NCBI GenBank assembly: GCA_963749915.1
Contig: CAVVOP010000022.1
Location: 128,001-192,000 of the forward strand
Direction: 5' to 3'
DNA: 64,000 nucleotides
Source of the DNA: an uncultured cyanobacterium
GTDB lineage: Bacteria > Cyanobacteriota > Cyanobacteriia > Cyanobacteriales > Cyanobacteriaceae
The notes under the pieces are model-generated. The model was not told the origin of the DNA. It searched no databases and saw only the letters and a program-made list of their open reading frames with translations. The position numbers and the translations under genes are program-made. Shown in pieces: positions 40,223 through 50,301 of the stretch (position 1 is its first letter; every line of letters starts with the position of its first letter).

Positions 40223-41518
40223 ATGCTTTTATCTCCAATAAAAAATATCCCCAAAGACTGGAAAATAGTTGAACTACAGAATGCAGGTGAAGTTATTTAT
40301 GGAATTCAAGCATCTGTTGCTAATAACATTGAGCCAATCGGAACAAAAATATTAACTAACAAAAATATTACTCTTGATGGTGGTTTTGATTTAGAAAAAA
40401 TTAACTATTTTGAATTGAAAACAAAGCGACATAAAGAAACCATTTTAAAACAAGGTGATATTCTTTTTAATTGGCGTAGTGGTAGTAAAGATCATGTAGG
40501 AAAAACAGCTTATTTTAACTTAGATGGTCAATATACTCATTCTTCCTTTATTCTTAGAATACGTTGCAACACTAATACCATTTATGGTAAGTATTGTTAC
40601 TATTATTTGCTATGGTTGCATAAATCAAAGTATTTTCTAAAACTTCAAACTTATGCTATCAATGCAAAATTCAATAAGAGTGCAGTTAATTTATTACCAA
40701 TTATTCTTCCCCCAATTGAAGAACAAATAAAAATAGTCAATGTTTTAAGTTTAGTACAAAAAGCAATTAGTGAACAAGAAAAGGCGATCGCTTTAACAAC
40801 AGAATTAAAAAAGGCGTTAATGCAAAAACTATTTACCGAAGGGCTAAATAATGAACCTCAAAAAATGACTGAAATAGGTCTTATTCCTGAAAGTTGGGAG
40901 GTTAAAGAATTAAAATATTTTATTGAAATACCTCAATATGGTTTTACTGATAGTGCAAGTGATAAAGGAAATACCAAATTTTTAAGAATTACAGATATTA
41001 CAGAATTTGGAGTAAATTGGAATACAGTACCATTTTGCAATTGTCCAATTGAGAAAATCGATCAATATTTATTAAAAGACAATGACATTGTTTTTGCTCG
41101 AATTGGTGCAACAACTGGAAAAAGTTATATTATTAAAAATCCTCCTTTTTCGGTATTTGCCTCATATTTAATTAGAGTTAGAGCAATAAAAATAGATCCC
41201 GATTATTTATTTCAATTTTTTCAAACACAAATTTATTGGCAACAAATTAATGCTAGAAAAGACGACAGTTTGAAGAAAGGTGTCAACGGTTCTGTATTAA
41301 AAAATATTCTGATTCCAATTCCATTAGAAAAAGAGCAAAAAGAAATTGCAAAAATATTTCAAACTTTTGAGCAAGAAACTAATTTATTAATGATAAAAAA
41401 ATCACAATTACAAGAGTTATTTAAAACTTTATTACATCAATTAATGACTGCTCAAATAAGAGTAGATGAATTAGATTTAAGTGTATTAGAGACTCAAATA
41501 GAGGAGGTTAGAAATTAA
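40223..41518 (+). CDS. hsdS: Type I R-M specificity subunit (cargo)
   Basis: Two TRDs separated by LPPIEEQ...LKKALMQKLFT..IGLIPESWEV. Confidence 0.92.
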   Translation: MLLSPIKNIPKDWKIVELQNAGEVIYGIQASVANNIEPIGTKILTNKNITLDGGFDLEKINYFELKTKRHKETILKQGDILFNWRSGSKDHVGKTAYFNLDGQYTHSSFILRIRCNTNTIYGKYCYYYLLWLHKSKYFLKLQTYAINAKFNKSAVNLLPIILPPIEEQIKIVNVLSLVQKAISEQEKAIALTTELKKALMQKLFTEGLNNEPQKMTEIGLIPESWEVKELKYFIEIPQYGFTDSASDKGNTKFLRITDITEFGVNWNTVPFCNCPIEKIDQYLLKDNDIVFARIGATTGKSYIIKNPPFSVFASYLIRVRAIKIDPDYLFQFFQTQIYWQQINARKDDSLKKGVNGSVLKNILIPIPLEKEQKEIAKIFQTFEQETNLLMIKKSQLQELFKTLLHQLMTAQIRVDELDLSVLETQIEEVRN

Positions 41519-43462
41519 ATGCTAACCTTTGATGAAATTTGGGAAATGTTAACTACCCAAGATGAAAGTACAGAAATAGAAGCGAAAAAAGCCTCTGATA
41601 TGGGTAAAAGCATTTTGGAAACTATTAGTGCTTTTTCCAATGAATCAGGTTTAGGTGGCGGTTATTTATTATTAGGAATAAAATCAGCAGAAGATAGTCA
41701 AAATAATATTTATGAGATTGAAGGTTTAGCAGAACCTGATAAAATTCAAAGAGATTTAGCTTGTCAATGTCGAGAAGTTTTTAACATTCCCATTCGCCCT
41801 CAAATAGAAACTATTACAAAAGAAGGGAAAACGGTTATTGTCGCTTTTATTCCCGAAGCTCAACCCTCAGAGAAACCAGTTTATATTACTAAAAGAGGAC
41901 TACCCAAAGGAGCATTTAGACGTATAGGCTCAACGGATCAAAAATGCACAGAACGAGATTTAGAATTATTCTATCAAGAAAGAAGTAATCAAACTTTTGA
42001 CCAAACTCCCGTTAAAGATGCAAGTTTAGATGATTTTGAGTCACAGGCTATTGATGCTTATCGCCGTATTAGAAAACAAGTAAACCCCAATGCTAGTGAA
42101 CTTAACTATAGCGATCGTGATTTATTAGATTCTTTATATGCCATAACCAAACATCCCAATCAAAAAGGAGAATATTGCCCTACTGTAGCAGGATTAATTT
42201 TATTTGGTAAAGAAATAGCCTTAAGAAAGCATTTTCCTTTACAGCGTGTTGATTATATTGTAGTTGAAGGAAAGGAATGGGTAGAGAATCCAGATAAACG
42301 TTATCAAAGTGTGATTGAAATTCGTCAGCCTTTATTATTGGCTATTCCTCGACTAACAGCTTTAGTTTTAAACGATTTACCTAAAGCCTTTAATCTTCCT
42401 GAAGATCAGATAAATCGGCAAGATATTCCTTTAATTCCTAGTGCGGTTATTAGAGAAGCTATTGTTAACGCTGTTATGCACAGGGATTATCGTATTCGTA
42501 GCCCAATTCAGATTATTCGATATTCAGATCGTTTAGAACTTCGTAACGCTGGTTATTCTTTAAAATCAATAGACGAATTAGATCAACCAAGTTCAAAAAC
42601 TCGTAATGAAAAAATAGCTGAAACTCTCCATGAGTTAAATATAGCCGAAACTAAAGGATTTGGTATTAGAACCATGTTAGAAAATATGCGACAAGCAAAT
42701 CTAACTATTCCTTTATTTGAATCAAGTAGAGAAAAAGACTCTTTTTGTCTTACTTTATTTACTCATCATTTTTTAGAGCAAGAAGATATTGACTGGTTAA
42801 CTCAATTTAAAGATCTTAACTTAAGTAAAGAAGAAACAAATGCTTTAGTTGTAATTAAAAAAACAGGTAAAATAAATAATTCAATTTATCGTTATGTTAA
42901 TGATGTTGATATAAATAAAGCAAGTAAGCAATTAATAAAATTAAGGGATTTAGGTTTAATTAATCAAAATGGTAAAAGCATAGCCACTTATTACACCATC
43001 AAGCCTGAATTTTTATCGGGACAGTTAGAAAAACCTTATCAAGATAGTAGTACAGATAATCAAGACACCTTATCAGGACAGTCAGAAAAACCTTATCAGG
43101 AAGACAATACAGGCAATCAAGACACTTTATCAGGACAGTTAGAAAAACCTTATCAAGACAGTAGTACAAGTCAACAGGGACAGTTAACTCTTGATTTATT
43201 TCCGCCTCTAAGCAAAAAAAAACTTGAAGAAAGATTAAATAAAATTGGTAAACGAACCGAACCAGAGGAAATGAAAAGCCTAATATTGGAATTGTGCAGA
43301 ATAAAGCCTTATTCATCTAGTGAATTAGAAAAATTGTTAAAACGAAAGCGAAAATATTTATTAGAACAATATCTTAAGCCTTTAATTGATGACAAGTTAC
43401 TAGAATACACTAACCCCAATAGTCCTAACGATCCTCATCAAACTTATCGCACAAAACAATAA
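41519..43462 (+). CDS. AlbA_2/HATPase/HTH ('RecG-like') ATP-binding protein with an internal 19-aa repeat (cargo)
   Basis: ESTEIEAK, ETISAFSN..GG.LLLGI, REAIVNAVMHRDY, RNEKIA, C-terminal PNDPHQTY. Confidence 0.85.
   Translation: MLTFDEIWEMLTTQDESTEIEAKKASDMGKSILETISAFSNESGLGGGYLLLGIKSAEDSQNNIYEIEGLAEPDKIQRDLACQCREVFNIPIRPQIETITKEGKTVIVAFIPEAQPSEKPVYITKRGLPKGAFRRIGSTDQKCTERDLELFYQERSNQTFDQTPVKDASLDDFESQAIDAYRRIRKQVNPNASELNYSDRDLLDSLYAITKHPNQKGEYCPTVAGLILFGKEIALRKHFPLQRVDYIVVEGKEWVENPDKRYQSVIEIRQPLLLAIPRLTALVLNDLPKAFNLPEDQINRQDIPLIPSAVIREAIVNAVMHRDYRIRSPIQIIRYSDRLELRNAGYSLKSIDELDQPSSKTRNEKIAETLHELNIAETKGFGIRTMLENMRQANLTIPLFESSREKDSFCLTLFTHHFLEQEDIDWLTQFKDLNLSKEETNALVVIKKTGKINNSIYRYVNDVDINKASKQLIKLRDLGLINQNGKSIATYYTIKPEFLSGQLEKPYQDSSTDNQDTLSGQSEKPYQEDNTGNQDTLSGQLEKPYQDSSTSQQGQLTLDLFPPLSKKKLEERLNKIGKRTEPEEMKSLILELCRIKPYSSSELEKLLKRKRKYLLEQYLKPLIDDKLLEYTNPNSPNDPHQTYRTKQ
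43013..43183 (+). repeat. 57-bp in-frame tandem repeat, about 3 copies
   Basis: Units start at 43013, 43070 and 43127 (LSGQLEKPYQDSSTDNQDT). Confidence 0.9.
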
Positions 43463-43485
43463 ATTATCTTTTTCTTCTCTCAAAT

Positions 43486-46428
43486 ATGCCTAAACCAACT
43501 GAACATAAAACCGTCCAAGATCGCATCTTAACCTATGCCCAAGAAATAGGTTGGACATTTGTACCTCGTAAAGAAGCCGAAGCTAAAAGGGGTTTTAACG
43601 CCCCTTTACCCACGAGTTTGGGAAAACAAAAGGGCGTTGAAATTCAACACAAAGCCCAACAAGGATCATTATATTTTGATGATACTTTGTACCAAAAAGT
43701 CAAAGAATTTAATCCTCATTACAACGAAACCAAAGGGGATTTAATTAAACGCCTCAATAACTTATCCCTCGACATTTACGGTAATCGAGATTTTCTGAAC
43801 CTTCTACAAAATCAAGGTAAATACTTTTATCAAGCTGAGAATAGAGAACTAGATTTAATTTTAGTGGATTACGATCGCTCTGAAAATAATATTTATGAAG
43901 TTACAGAAGAATATTATACCCATAACGGGAAATACGGCACAAGGGAAGATGTGGTATTTTTAATTAATGGTATTTCAGTATTGGTCATTGAATGTAAAAA
44001 CGCCAATAAGAATGAGGCGATCGCATTAGGAATTGATCAAATTAGACGTTATCACCGAGAAACCCCAGAGTTATTTATTCCCCAAATGTTATTTACAGCT
44101 ACAGAGGCGATCGGTTTTGCCTATGGCGTAACTTGGAATATCGTCAGACGCAATATTTTTAACTGGAAAGATGAAGAAATTGGGCAACTAGAAAACAAAA
44201 TTAAGACTTTTTGCCATCCCCAAATAATCTTAAAATTTCTGAAAAATTATATTATCTTTGCGGAAAAAGACGAAACTTTACAAAAATATATTCTAAAACA
44301 ACATCAAACCTTAGCTATCGAACAAGTAATTAACCGTTGTCACGATGAAACTAAATTTAGGGGATTAGTGTGGCACACTCAGGGAAGCGGAAAAACCTTC
44401 ACCATGATTAAAACTGCCGAAATGCTCTTTAAAGCCCCAGAAAGCGAAAAACCCACTATTATTCTAATGATCGATCGCAACGAATTAGAAGATCAAATGT
44501 TACGCAACCTGAATAACTTAGGGGTTAACAATATTCGCCATGCCGATCGCATAAAAACCCTTGTGGAATTACTCGAAAACGATTATCGAGGTATTATTAT
44601 CACCATGATTCATAAATTCCGAGAAATGCCTCCTAACATCAACACAAGAAAAAATATTTATATTTTGATAGATGAGGCACACCGCACCACAGGAGGAGAT
44701 TTAGGCACATTTTTAATGGCAGGTTTGCCCAATAGCACAATTATTGGCTTTACTGGTACACCCATTGACAAAACCAATCAAGGAAAAGGTACTTTCAAGG
44801 TTTTTGGGGTTGATGATGAAAAAGGTTATTTACATAAATACTCGATCGCTGAAAGTATTGAAGATGGTACAACTCTACCCCTTTACTATAACATCGCTCC
44901 TAATCAATTATTAGTCCCTGCGGAAATAATGGAGCAAGAATTTCTTGATTTAGTAGAAACAGAAGGGATAAACGATATAAGTGAACTCAATAAAATTTTA
45001 GATCGAGCAGTTAATTTAAAGAATTTTCTCAAAGCAGATCAAAGAATTGATCAAGTAGCAAAATATGTTGCTGAACATTATACAACCAATGTCGAACCGT
45101 TAGGATATAAAGCCTTTTTAGTAGCCGTCGATCGCCCTGCTTGTGCTAAATATAAAGAAGCCTTAGATCGTTATTTACCCCCTGAATATTCGGCGGTAGT
45201 CTATACAGGTAATAACAACGATAGTGAAGAACTAAAGGCTTACCATCTCGATGATAAAACAGAGAAGCAAATCCGCAAAAACTTCGCTCGTTTTGGAGAA
45301 TATCCGAAAATTTTAATAGTAACGGAAAAACTATTAACAGGTTATGACGCACCATTACTATATGCCATGTATCTGGATAAACCAATGCGAGATCATACCC
45401 TCTTACAAGCGATCGCCCGTGTTAATCGCCCTTATGAGAATGAAACAGAGGAGATGCTTAAACCTCATGGCTTTGTCTTAGATTTTGTGGGTATTTTTGA
45501 TAAATTGGAAAAAGCCTTAGCCTTTGATAGTGAAGAAGTTAACGCTATTGTTAAAGATTTACAATTACTTAAAAATTTATTCAAAATCAAAATTGAGCAA
45601 TTAGTTCCCACTTACTTGCCCCTAATTAAACATAACTTTAACGATCAAGATGTCGATAATTTAATTGAATTTTTCAGGGAAAAAGAACAACGCAAAGGAT
45701 TTATTAAAGGCTATAAAGAGTTAGAAATGCTTTATGAAGTTATATCACCAGATGCTTTTTTACGCCCTTATATTGACGATTATACTAGCCTCTGTGGCAT
45801 TTATCAGGTGGTTCGTAATGCTTATACTCGCAGAATTTATCTCGATCGAGAAGTGAAACGCAAAACTGATGAAATAGTACAACAAAATATTGGGACAACG
45901 GCGATCGCCTCTATTAATGAATTTATCGAAATTAATGCAGAGACAATTGAAACCATTAAAAACAAAAAAAATGGTAACACAACCAAAGTAATTAACTTGG
46001 TAAAAAGTATTGAAAAAATAGCAGAAGAAAATAAAGATGATCCCTTTTTAATCGCTATGGCACAAAGAGCAAAGGCGATCGAAGAAAGATTTGAAACAAG
46101 ACAAGTTGATACTCAAGAAACTTTAGATTTATTATTTCAAGAAATCAAAAATAATGAACAAAGGAAAAAGGAACAATCCGCCCAAGGCTTTGATAATTTA
46201 AGCTATTTTGTTTATAAAATCTTAAAAGATGCTGGAATAGAAAGCCCAGAAGAAGTAAGTCATCAGATAAAACAAGCATTTGTTGATTATCCTAACTGGA
46301 AGAAAAGTGAAAGAGAATTAAGAGAATTACGAAAAGAAGTTACTTTTTCTATCTATGAAAAAATAGATGATTTAGATCAAGTTACTGATATTGTTAATCA
46401 GTTATTCAACCTCTTAAATCAAAATTAA
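43486..46428 (+). CDS. hsdR: Type I R-M restriction subunit (cargo)
   Basis: D.VFLING...VIECK, HTQGSGKT, DEAHR, FTGTP, LLTGYDAP, QAIARVNR. Confidence 0.94.
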   Translation: MPKPTEHKTVQDRILTYAQEIGWTFVPRKEAEAKRGFNAPLPTSLGKQKGVEIQHKAQQGSLYFDDTLYQKVKEFNPHYNETKGDLIKRLNNLSLDIYGNRDFLNLLQNQGKYFYQAENRELDLILVDYDRSENNIYEVTEEYYTHNGKYGTREDVVFLINGISVLVIECKNANKNEAIALGIDQIRRYHRETPELFIPQMLFTATEAIGFAYGVTWNIVRRNIFNWKDEEIGQLENKIKTFCHPQIILKFLKNYIIFAEKDETLQKYILKQHQTLAIEQVINRCHDETKFRGLVWHTQGSGKTFTMIKTAEMLFKAPESEKPTIILMIDRNELEDQMLRNLNNLGVNNIRHADRIKTLVELLENDYRGIIITMIHKFREMPPNINTRKNIYILIDEAHRTTGGDLGTFLMAGLPNSTIIGFTGTPIDKTNQGKGTFKVFGVDDEKGYLHKYSIAESIEDGTTLPLYYNIAPNQLLVPAEIMEQEFLDLVETEGINDISELNKILDRAVNLKNFLKADQRIDQVAKYVAEHYTTNVEPLGYKAFLVAVDRPACAKYKEALDRYLPPEYSAVVYTGNNNDSEELKAYHLDDKTEKQIRKNFARFGEYPKILIVTEKLLTGYDAPLLYAMYLDKPMRDHTLLQAIARVNRPYENETEEMLKPHGFVLDFVGIFDKLEKALAFDSEEVNAIVKDLQLLKNLFKIKIEQLVPTYLPLIKHNFNDQDVDNLIEFFREKEQRKGFIKGYKELEMLYEVISPDAFLRPYIDDYTSLCGIYQVVRNAYTRRIYLDREVKRKTDEIVQQNIGTTAIASINEFIEINAETIETIKNKKNGNTTKVINLVKSIEKIAEENKDDPFLIAMAQRAKAIEERFETRQVDTQETLDLLFQEIKNNEQRKKEQSAQGFDNLSYFVYKILKDAGIESPEEVSHQIKQAFVDYPNWKKSERELRELRKEVTFSIYEKIDDLDQVTDIVNQLFNLLNQN

Positions 46429-46430
46429 TT

Positions 46431-46766
46431 ATGCTTTCAATCGATAAACAAAAAACGTGGAAAAATACTGAAGACTTGAAAAATACAGTTTGGACATGGA
46501 GCGATCGCATTAATGTGCAAGTCAAAGAGATTCAACTACGTCAAATGAAAAATAAATGGGCTTCTATCTCTACGACAGGTAGATTAACTTTAAATAAAGA
46601 ATTGATGGATTTACCTCAAGAATTAGGAGAATTTGTAATTGTACATGAATTAATTCATCTACTCGTACCTAATCACAGCAAATTGTTTAAATGTTATATG
46701 TCAGTCTATTTACCAGATTGGCAAGATCGAGAAAAACGCTTAAAAAAGTTATCTTCTCAAAAATAA
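46431..46766 (+). CDS. M48/YgjP-like metallopeptidase (cargo)
   Basis: MKNKWAS, VHELIHL..PNH; typical partner downstream of hsdR. Confidence 0.85.
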   Translation: MLSIDKQKTWKNTEDLKNTVWTWSDRINVQVKEIQLRQMKNKWASISTTGRLTLNKELMDLPQELGEFVIVHELIHLLVPNHSKLFKCYMSVYLPDWQDREKRLKKLSSQK

Positions 46767-46788
46767 ACAATGTAAATCAAATCAGGAT

Positions 46789-47295
46789 TTATTTTTGCTT
46801 TTTACTCATCTTCGTAAATGATAAATGACAGCGATCGCATCTACCATCTTTCCATAGAGAAGGAACAGAAAAAGAAGTTCCACAGTTAGGACATTTAGAA
46901 AGTAATTTCACCTTATGAAGATCGCATCCTCTTTTCTTCTTATCTTGCCATTGTAAACGATGATAGGGAGCTTCTTGATAACACATTCCACACAGCATAA
47001 TCGGTTTAATTTGCGTCACCATACCCTGATAAGGAAACATTTCCCGAAGGCGATCGACATCCAACATCACGACTGTTGCTAATTTTTCTAATTCTTGTGG
47101 CGTAGGAAAGGGAGAAAAATAAAACTTTTCCCATCGAGCCAAAATAGCCCCCAATCCTGCCACTTCACCCAATCCACTTGGTGCGGAGAAACGATTTCCT
47201 TTCGCACGGCGAAATCTGCCCAAGAAATGACTAATACTTTCCCCTTCAAATGGCTCAACTTTGGTTAACCACAACTCACTTTCTCTTTCTTTCAT
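46789..47295 (-). CDS. tniQ: TniQ, short V-K type
   Basis: PFEGESISHFLGRFRR, RWEKF...P, CxxC/CxxH zinc motifs. Confidence 0.93.
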   Translation of the reverse strand: MKERESELWLTKVEPFEGESISHFLGRFRRAKGNRFSAPSGLGEVAGLGAILARWEKFYFSPFPTPQELEKLATVVMLDVDRLREMFPYQGMVTQIKPIMLCGMCYQEAPYHRLQWQDKKKRGCDLHKVKLLSKCPNCGTSFSVPSLWKDGRCDRCHLSFTKMSKKQK

Positions 47296-48136
47296 AAGAC
47301 CATTTTGTTGATGCTATAACTTGTTTTAATATCTCAGGAGTAATGTGTGTTTCTCCCCTCGAAAGGGAACGAATTGCCGCCTTGCGTAAAATCATGTCTA
47401 AACGTCCAATCAATTTACGAGTAGCAGTTTTGAGTAGTTTTAAATTGTCTGCTTCCGCTAAATTTGAAGGTTCAGGTAATCTCAGGACATTTTTCTCCCA
47501 AACTTGCACAATCATTTTAAACTCCTTATCATCAAGGCGATCTAGTTCGTATTCTTCTAAGAAACGATTAGCAACCTGTTCATCTCTTTTGACAACGGCT
47601 TCTAAACGACTGGTTGTACCCACCAACAAAACAGATATATTCAACTCATCTTCATCGTAAACGTGCCTGACATCAGCAAAAGTTTCTTGCTTTAAATGAT
47701 TAGCCTCATCCACAATCAACATCTCGCAACCATGAATCGCTAAACCATCGAGAGTCCTTTCCCTCAAATCCGATATTGTTCCTTTGGTGGGCTTATTCAA
47801 TGCCTTGAGTATCTTGATGAAAAAATCTCTTGAGCCACATTTTTCAGGTACTTGAATATAAACCACTGGCTTAATCCGTTGCTTTTGCCCTTGTTTTGAC
47901 TTATTGTATCTGGCGGCAAAAGATTTACAAGTAACTGTTTTCCCACAACGAGATTCCCCCACTAATAACCCTGTCATCCTAGAAAGAATCAACTCATACA
48001 TCCAACCGTGACACTGTTTTACCTGTTCAAACTCAATATATGGATCTTTCCTTAATCGCTCAATTTCGGCTTGAATTTCAGCAGTGATAGTAGGAAAGTT
48101 ACCAAACTGGTGTGCGATCGTCTCTACATTTGTCAT
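47276..48136 (-). CDS. tnsC: TnsC AAA+ ATPase
   Basis: Walker A GESRCGKT, Walker B MLIVDEA, VLLVGT, IGRLD.ILR.AAIRSL. Confidence 0.94.
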   Translation of the reverse strand: MTNVETIAHQFGNFPTITAEIQAEIERLRKDPYIEFEQVKQCHGWMYELILSRMTGLLVGESRCGKTVTCKSFAARYNKSKQGQKQRIKPVVYIQVPEKCGSRDFFIKILKALNKPTKGTISDLRERTLDGLAIHGCEMLIVDEANHLKQETFADVRHVYDEDELNISVLLVGTTSRLEAVVKRDEQVANRFLEEYELDRLDDKEFKMIVQVWEKNVLRLPEPSNLAEADNLKLLKTATRKLIGRLDMILRKAAIRSLSRGETHITPEILKQVIASTKWSYERKRK

Positions 48137-48159
48137 TTTTTTGTCCTCAACAAACTGAA

Positions 48160-49851
48160 TTAATGATCATCAAAAAGGTCATCCATGTATGACACTTCGT
48201 AAGTAGGTATTTCTTCATCTAAGTCCTCATCATTTTCATCTTCAACTATTTCAGGTTCAGGAATTGTCAATTTTTCCGCCATAGTTTTAGTTGGATTAAC
48301 CTCTTTGTGAGCTACCTGACGGCGTTCTTGTCGATCCTTTTTCGTGAGAGTTTCCAACAAAACTTCCCTTTCTAACATGGCATCAAGTACCGCATCATTA
48401 TTGATTTTTTCCTGTTCTCGATTGAGATTTTTATTAATCGCCTTCAGTTCACGCAATGACAGACTTTCGGCTTCTAATCCTTGAGCATGGGCATAATCAA
48501 GGAATTTTTCTGTACCGTCATTCAAACGCTCATAAACCAATATTGTCGTTATATCTTCAGGATCATAGCGAATTGAGACGATTTCCCCTGCCATTCCCCG
48601 CAAATGTTCACTTTTATAGGTGATATTTTCAAACTGCAACGTGCCAAACTTCTGAATAGTCCTTCGAGTCTGCCTCATCAAACAAATGTCTAGTTCCCTT
48701 TCTTCATAGGGTTCAGGCTCAACTACTAACCCATTTTCCCACAGTTGTATGCGAGCTTGGTCTTTTCTCCTGCCATCTGGTTTTTGATTATATTCATCAA
48801 CAATATACTTCACCAAGATAAGTTCGAGATCTCTCAGGGTAAGACTAGCATTTTGATCAACATTGTTAGGTCTTTCCTGAACATTTGCACCTGTATAGCC
48901 TGGTAATTCCCTCAACACATTATCATTTAGTGTCCGAAAAAACCTTTCAACAATACCACCATCCGATGGTCTTCTTCTTAAAGAACAAGTAAACCCCAAT
49001 CCCACTGCTATGTGTTCTGTTAGATGAATCGAACGAAAATCCTTGCCACCATCTGTATAAAAATATGTGGGAGTACCATAAGCAGTCCATTCGTTACGCA
49101 AAGAATATTCTGAGCCATAATATTTAGGTAAAATAGCATGACGTAATGCTAAAGCGTCTATTTGAGAACTAGGACTCTCAAAGCCTAAATAAAATCCCAT
49201 TAAACAACGAGAATATGAGTCAATAATGATTGTTAACCAAGGACGATCTAACACCCCAAACTCATCGACCAATCTCACATCGAGACGAGTATGATCGCAT
49301 TGCCAAACATCATTACTAGCTTCTACTTCAAGTTCTCTACCATCACGAGTCATGTGGGTTAATTTCGAGCCTGAATATCCTGGACTTCTAGCTTTGCGTT
49401 TTTTGTCTTGTTCTTGTACATATTGATCGATAATTCTATAGACTGTTTGATGACTGGGATAATCTTTTTTTTCTAAACCTAATTGTTTAGCACGTCCTTT
49501 GACTTTCAAAAAAACTTGATGGCGAGTAATGCGTTTACCATTTTGATTTCCTTTCTTGTAGGCATCTAAAATGAAATCAAACCACTCTTGATCAATACGG
49601 ATTGTACCTTTATCTGCCCTAGTTTTGATTATGCCCACAAAACCTTCTTCTCGGTATTTTTTCATCAATCTTTCGATGGAACGAATTGATACACCCAACT
49701 TTTCAGCCGCTTGTTGTTTTCTTTCACGATACAAGGTGCGATCGCATGGTTCAATCAGACTTTCAACGACTTCCATTCTCAATTTTACCTCATCGGTAAT
49801 CTGTTCTTCAGAAGGAAGCCTATATACTTTTGGTTGCTTCGATAATGCCAT
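48160..49851 (-). CDS. tnsB: TnsB DDE transposase; start uncertain (49851 or 49914)
   Basis: WQCDHT, RPWLT.IIDSYSRC, YTDGGKDF, GIVERFF: intact DDE. Confidence 0.95.
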   Translation of the reverse strand: MALSKQPKVYRLPSEEQITDEVKLRMEVVESLIEPCDRTLYRERKQQAAEKLGVSIRSIERLMKKYREEGFVGIIKTRADKGTIRIDQEWFDFILDAYKKGNQNGKRITRHQVFLKVKGRAKQLGLEKKDYPSHQTVYRIIDQYVQEQDKKRKARSPGYSGSKLTHMTRDGRELEVEASNDVWQCDHTRLDVRLVDEFGVLDRPWLTIIIDSYSRCLMGFYLGFESPSSQIDALALRHAILPKYYGSEYSLRNEWTAYGTPTYFYTDGGKDFRSIHLTEHIAVGLGFTCSLRRRPSDGGIVERFFRTLNDNVLRELPGYTGANVQERPNNVDQNASLTLRDLELILVKYIVDEYNQKPDGRRKDQARIQLWENGLVVEPEPYEERELDICLMRQTRRTIQKFGTLQFENITYKSEHLRGMAGEIVSIRYDPEDITTILVYERLNDGTEKFLDYAHAQGLEAESLSLRELKAINKNLNREQEKINNDAVLDAMLEREVLLETLTKKDRQERRQVAHKEVNPTKTMAEKLTIPEPEIVEDENDEDLDEEIPTYEVSYMDDLFDDH

Positions 49852-49904
49852 TACCCAAACTAATTTACTATTTAACTCTTTTTTTAGAATAGCATTTAGC
49901 CCAA

Positions 49905-50137
49905 GAAACGACAACTAAAATATTAAATTATTCTGCAATGGTCAATTGATCTGATCAAAAAATAAGCGACATTTAAAACTTTAAAAACAATAATAAACGA
50001 CATTTAACTGTTGAAATAAGTTGTCCGATTCCACAAGAACATAAAAAGCACTCTAATCCATATATAATGGCATTTATAGAGATTTTTAATGGCGACAATA
50101 ATGTGTTAAACAGCGACACTTAATTATTGAATGTATA
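49905..50137 (-). mobile_element. CAST right end with multiple TnsB sites; terminus TATACA instead of TGTACA
   Basis: Reverse complement TATACATTCAATAATTAAGTGTCGCTGTTTAACACATTATTGTCG mirrors the left end; further CGACA sites near 49910, 49967 and 49998. Confidence 0.88.
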
Positions 50138-50301
50138 CTTGTTTTAAAAGGGTTTTAGAGATTCTACATATTTCCAGAACTCTTTTCTATTGTCAATAAG
50201 CCGGGCGAAAATAGTTCATTTTAGATAGTTTTAGTTCTATAATTGGTAGATAAAATGAAAGAATCATAAATTTTTGGAGATGTCTATTGCAGAAGGTGTG
50301 C

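Larger units (their letters stand above)
35080..50137 (-). mobile_element. Type V-K CRISPR-associated Tn7-like transposon (CAST), ~15.06 kb
   Basis: cas12k, tracrRNA and array at one end, tniQ/tnsC/tnsB at the other, inverted ends with repeated TnsB sites, and position downstream of a tRNA. Confidence 0.97.

Noticed and set aside
43013..43183. Periodic repeat as a possible CRISPR array
   Set aside because: In frame within a CDS, 57-bp period, and the intervening sequences resemble each other.
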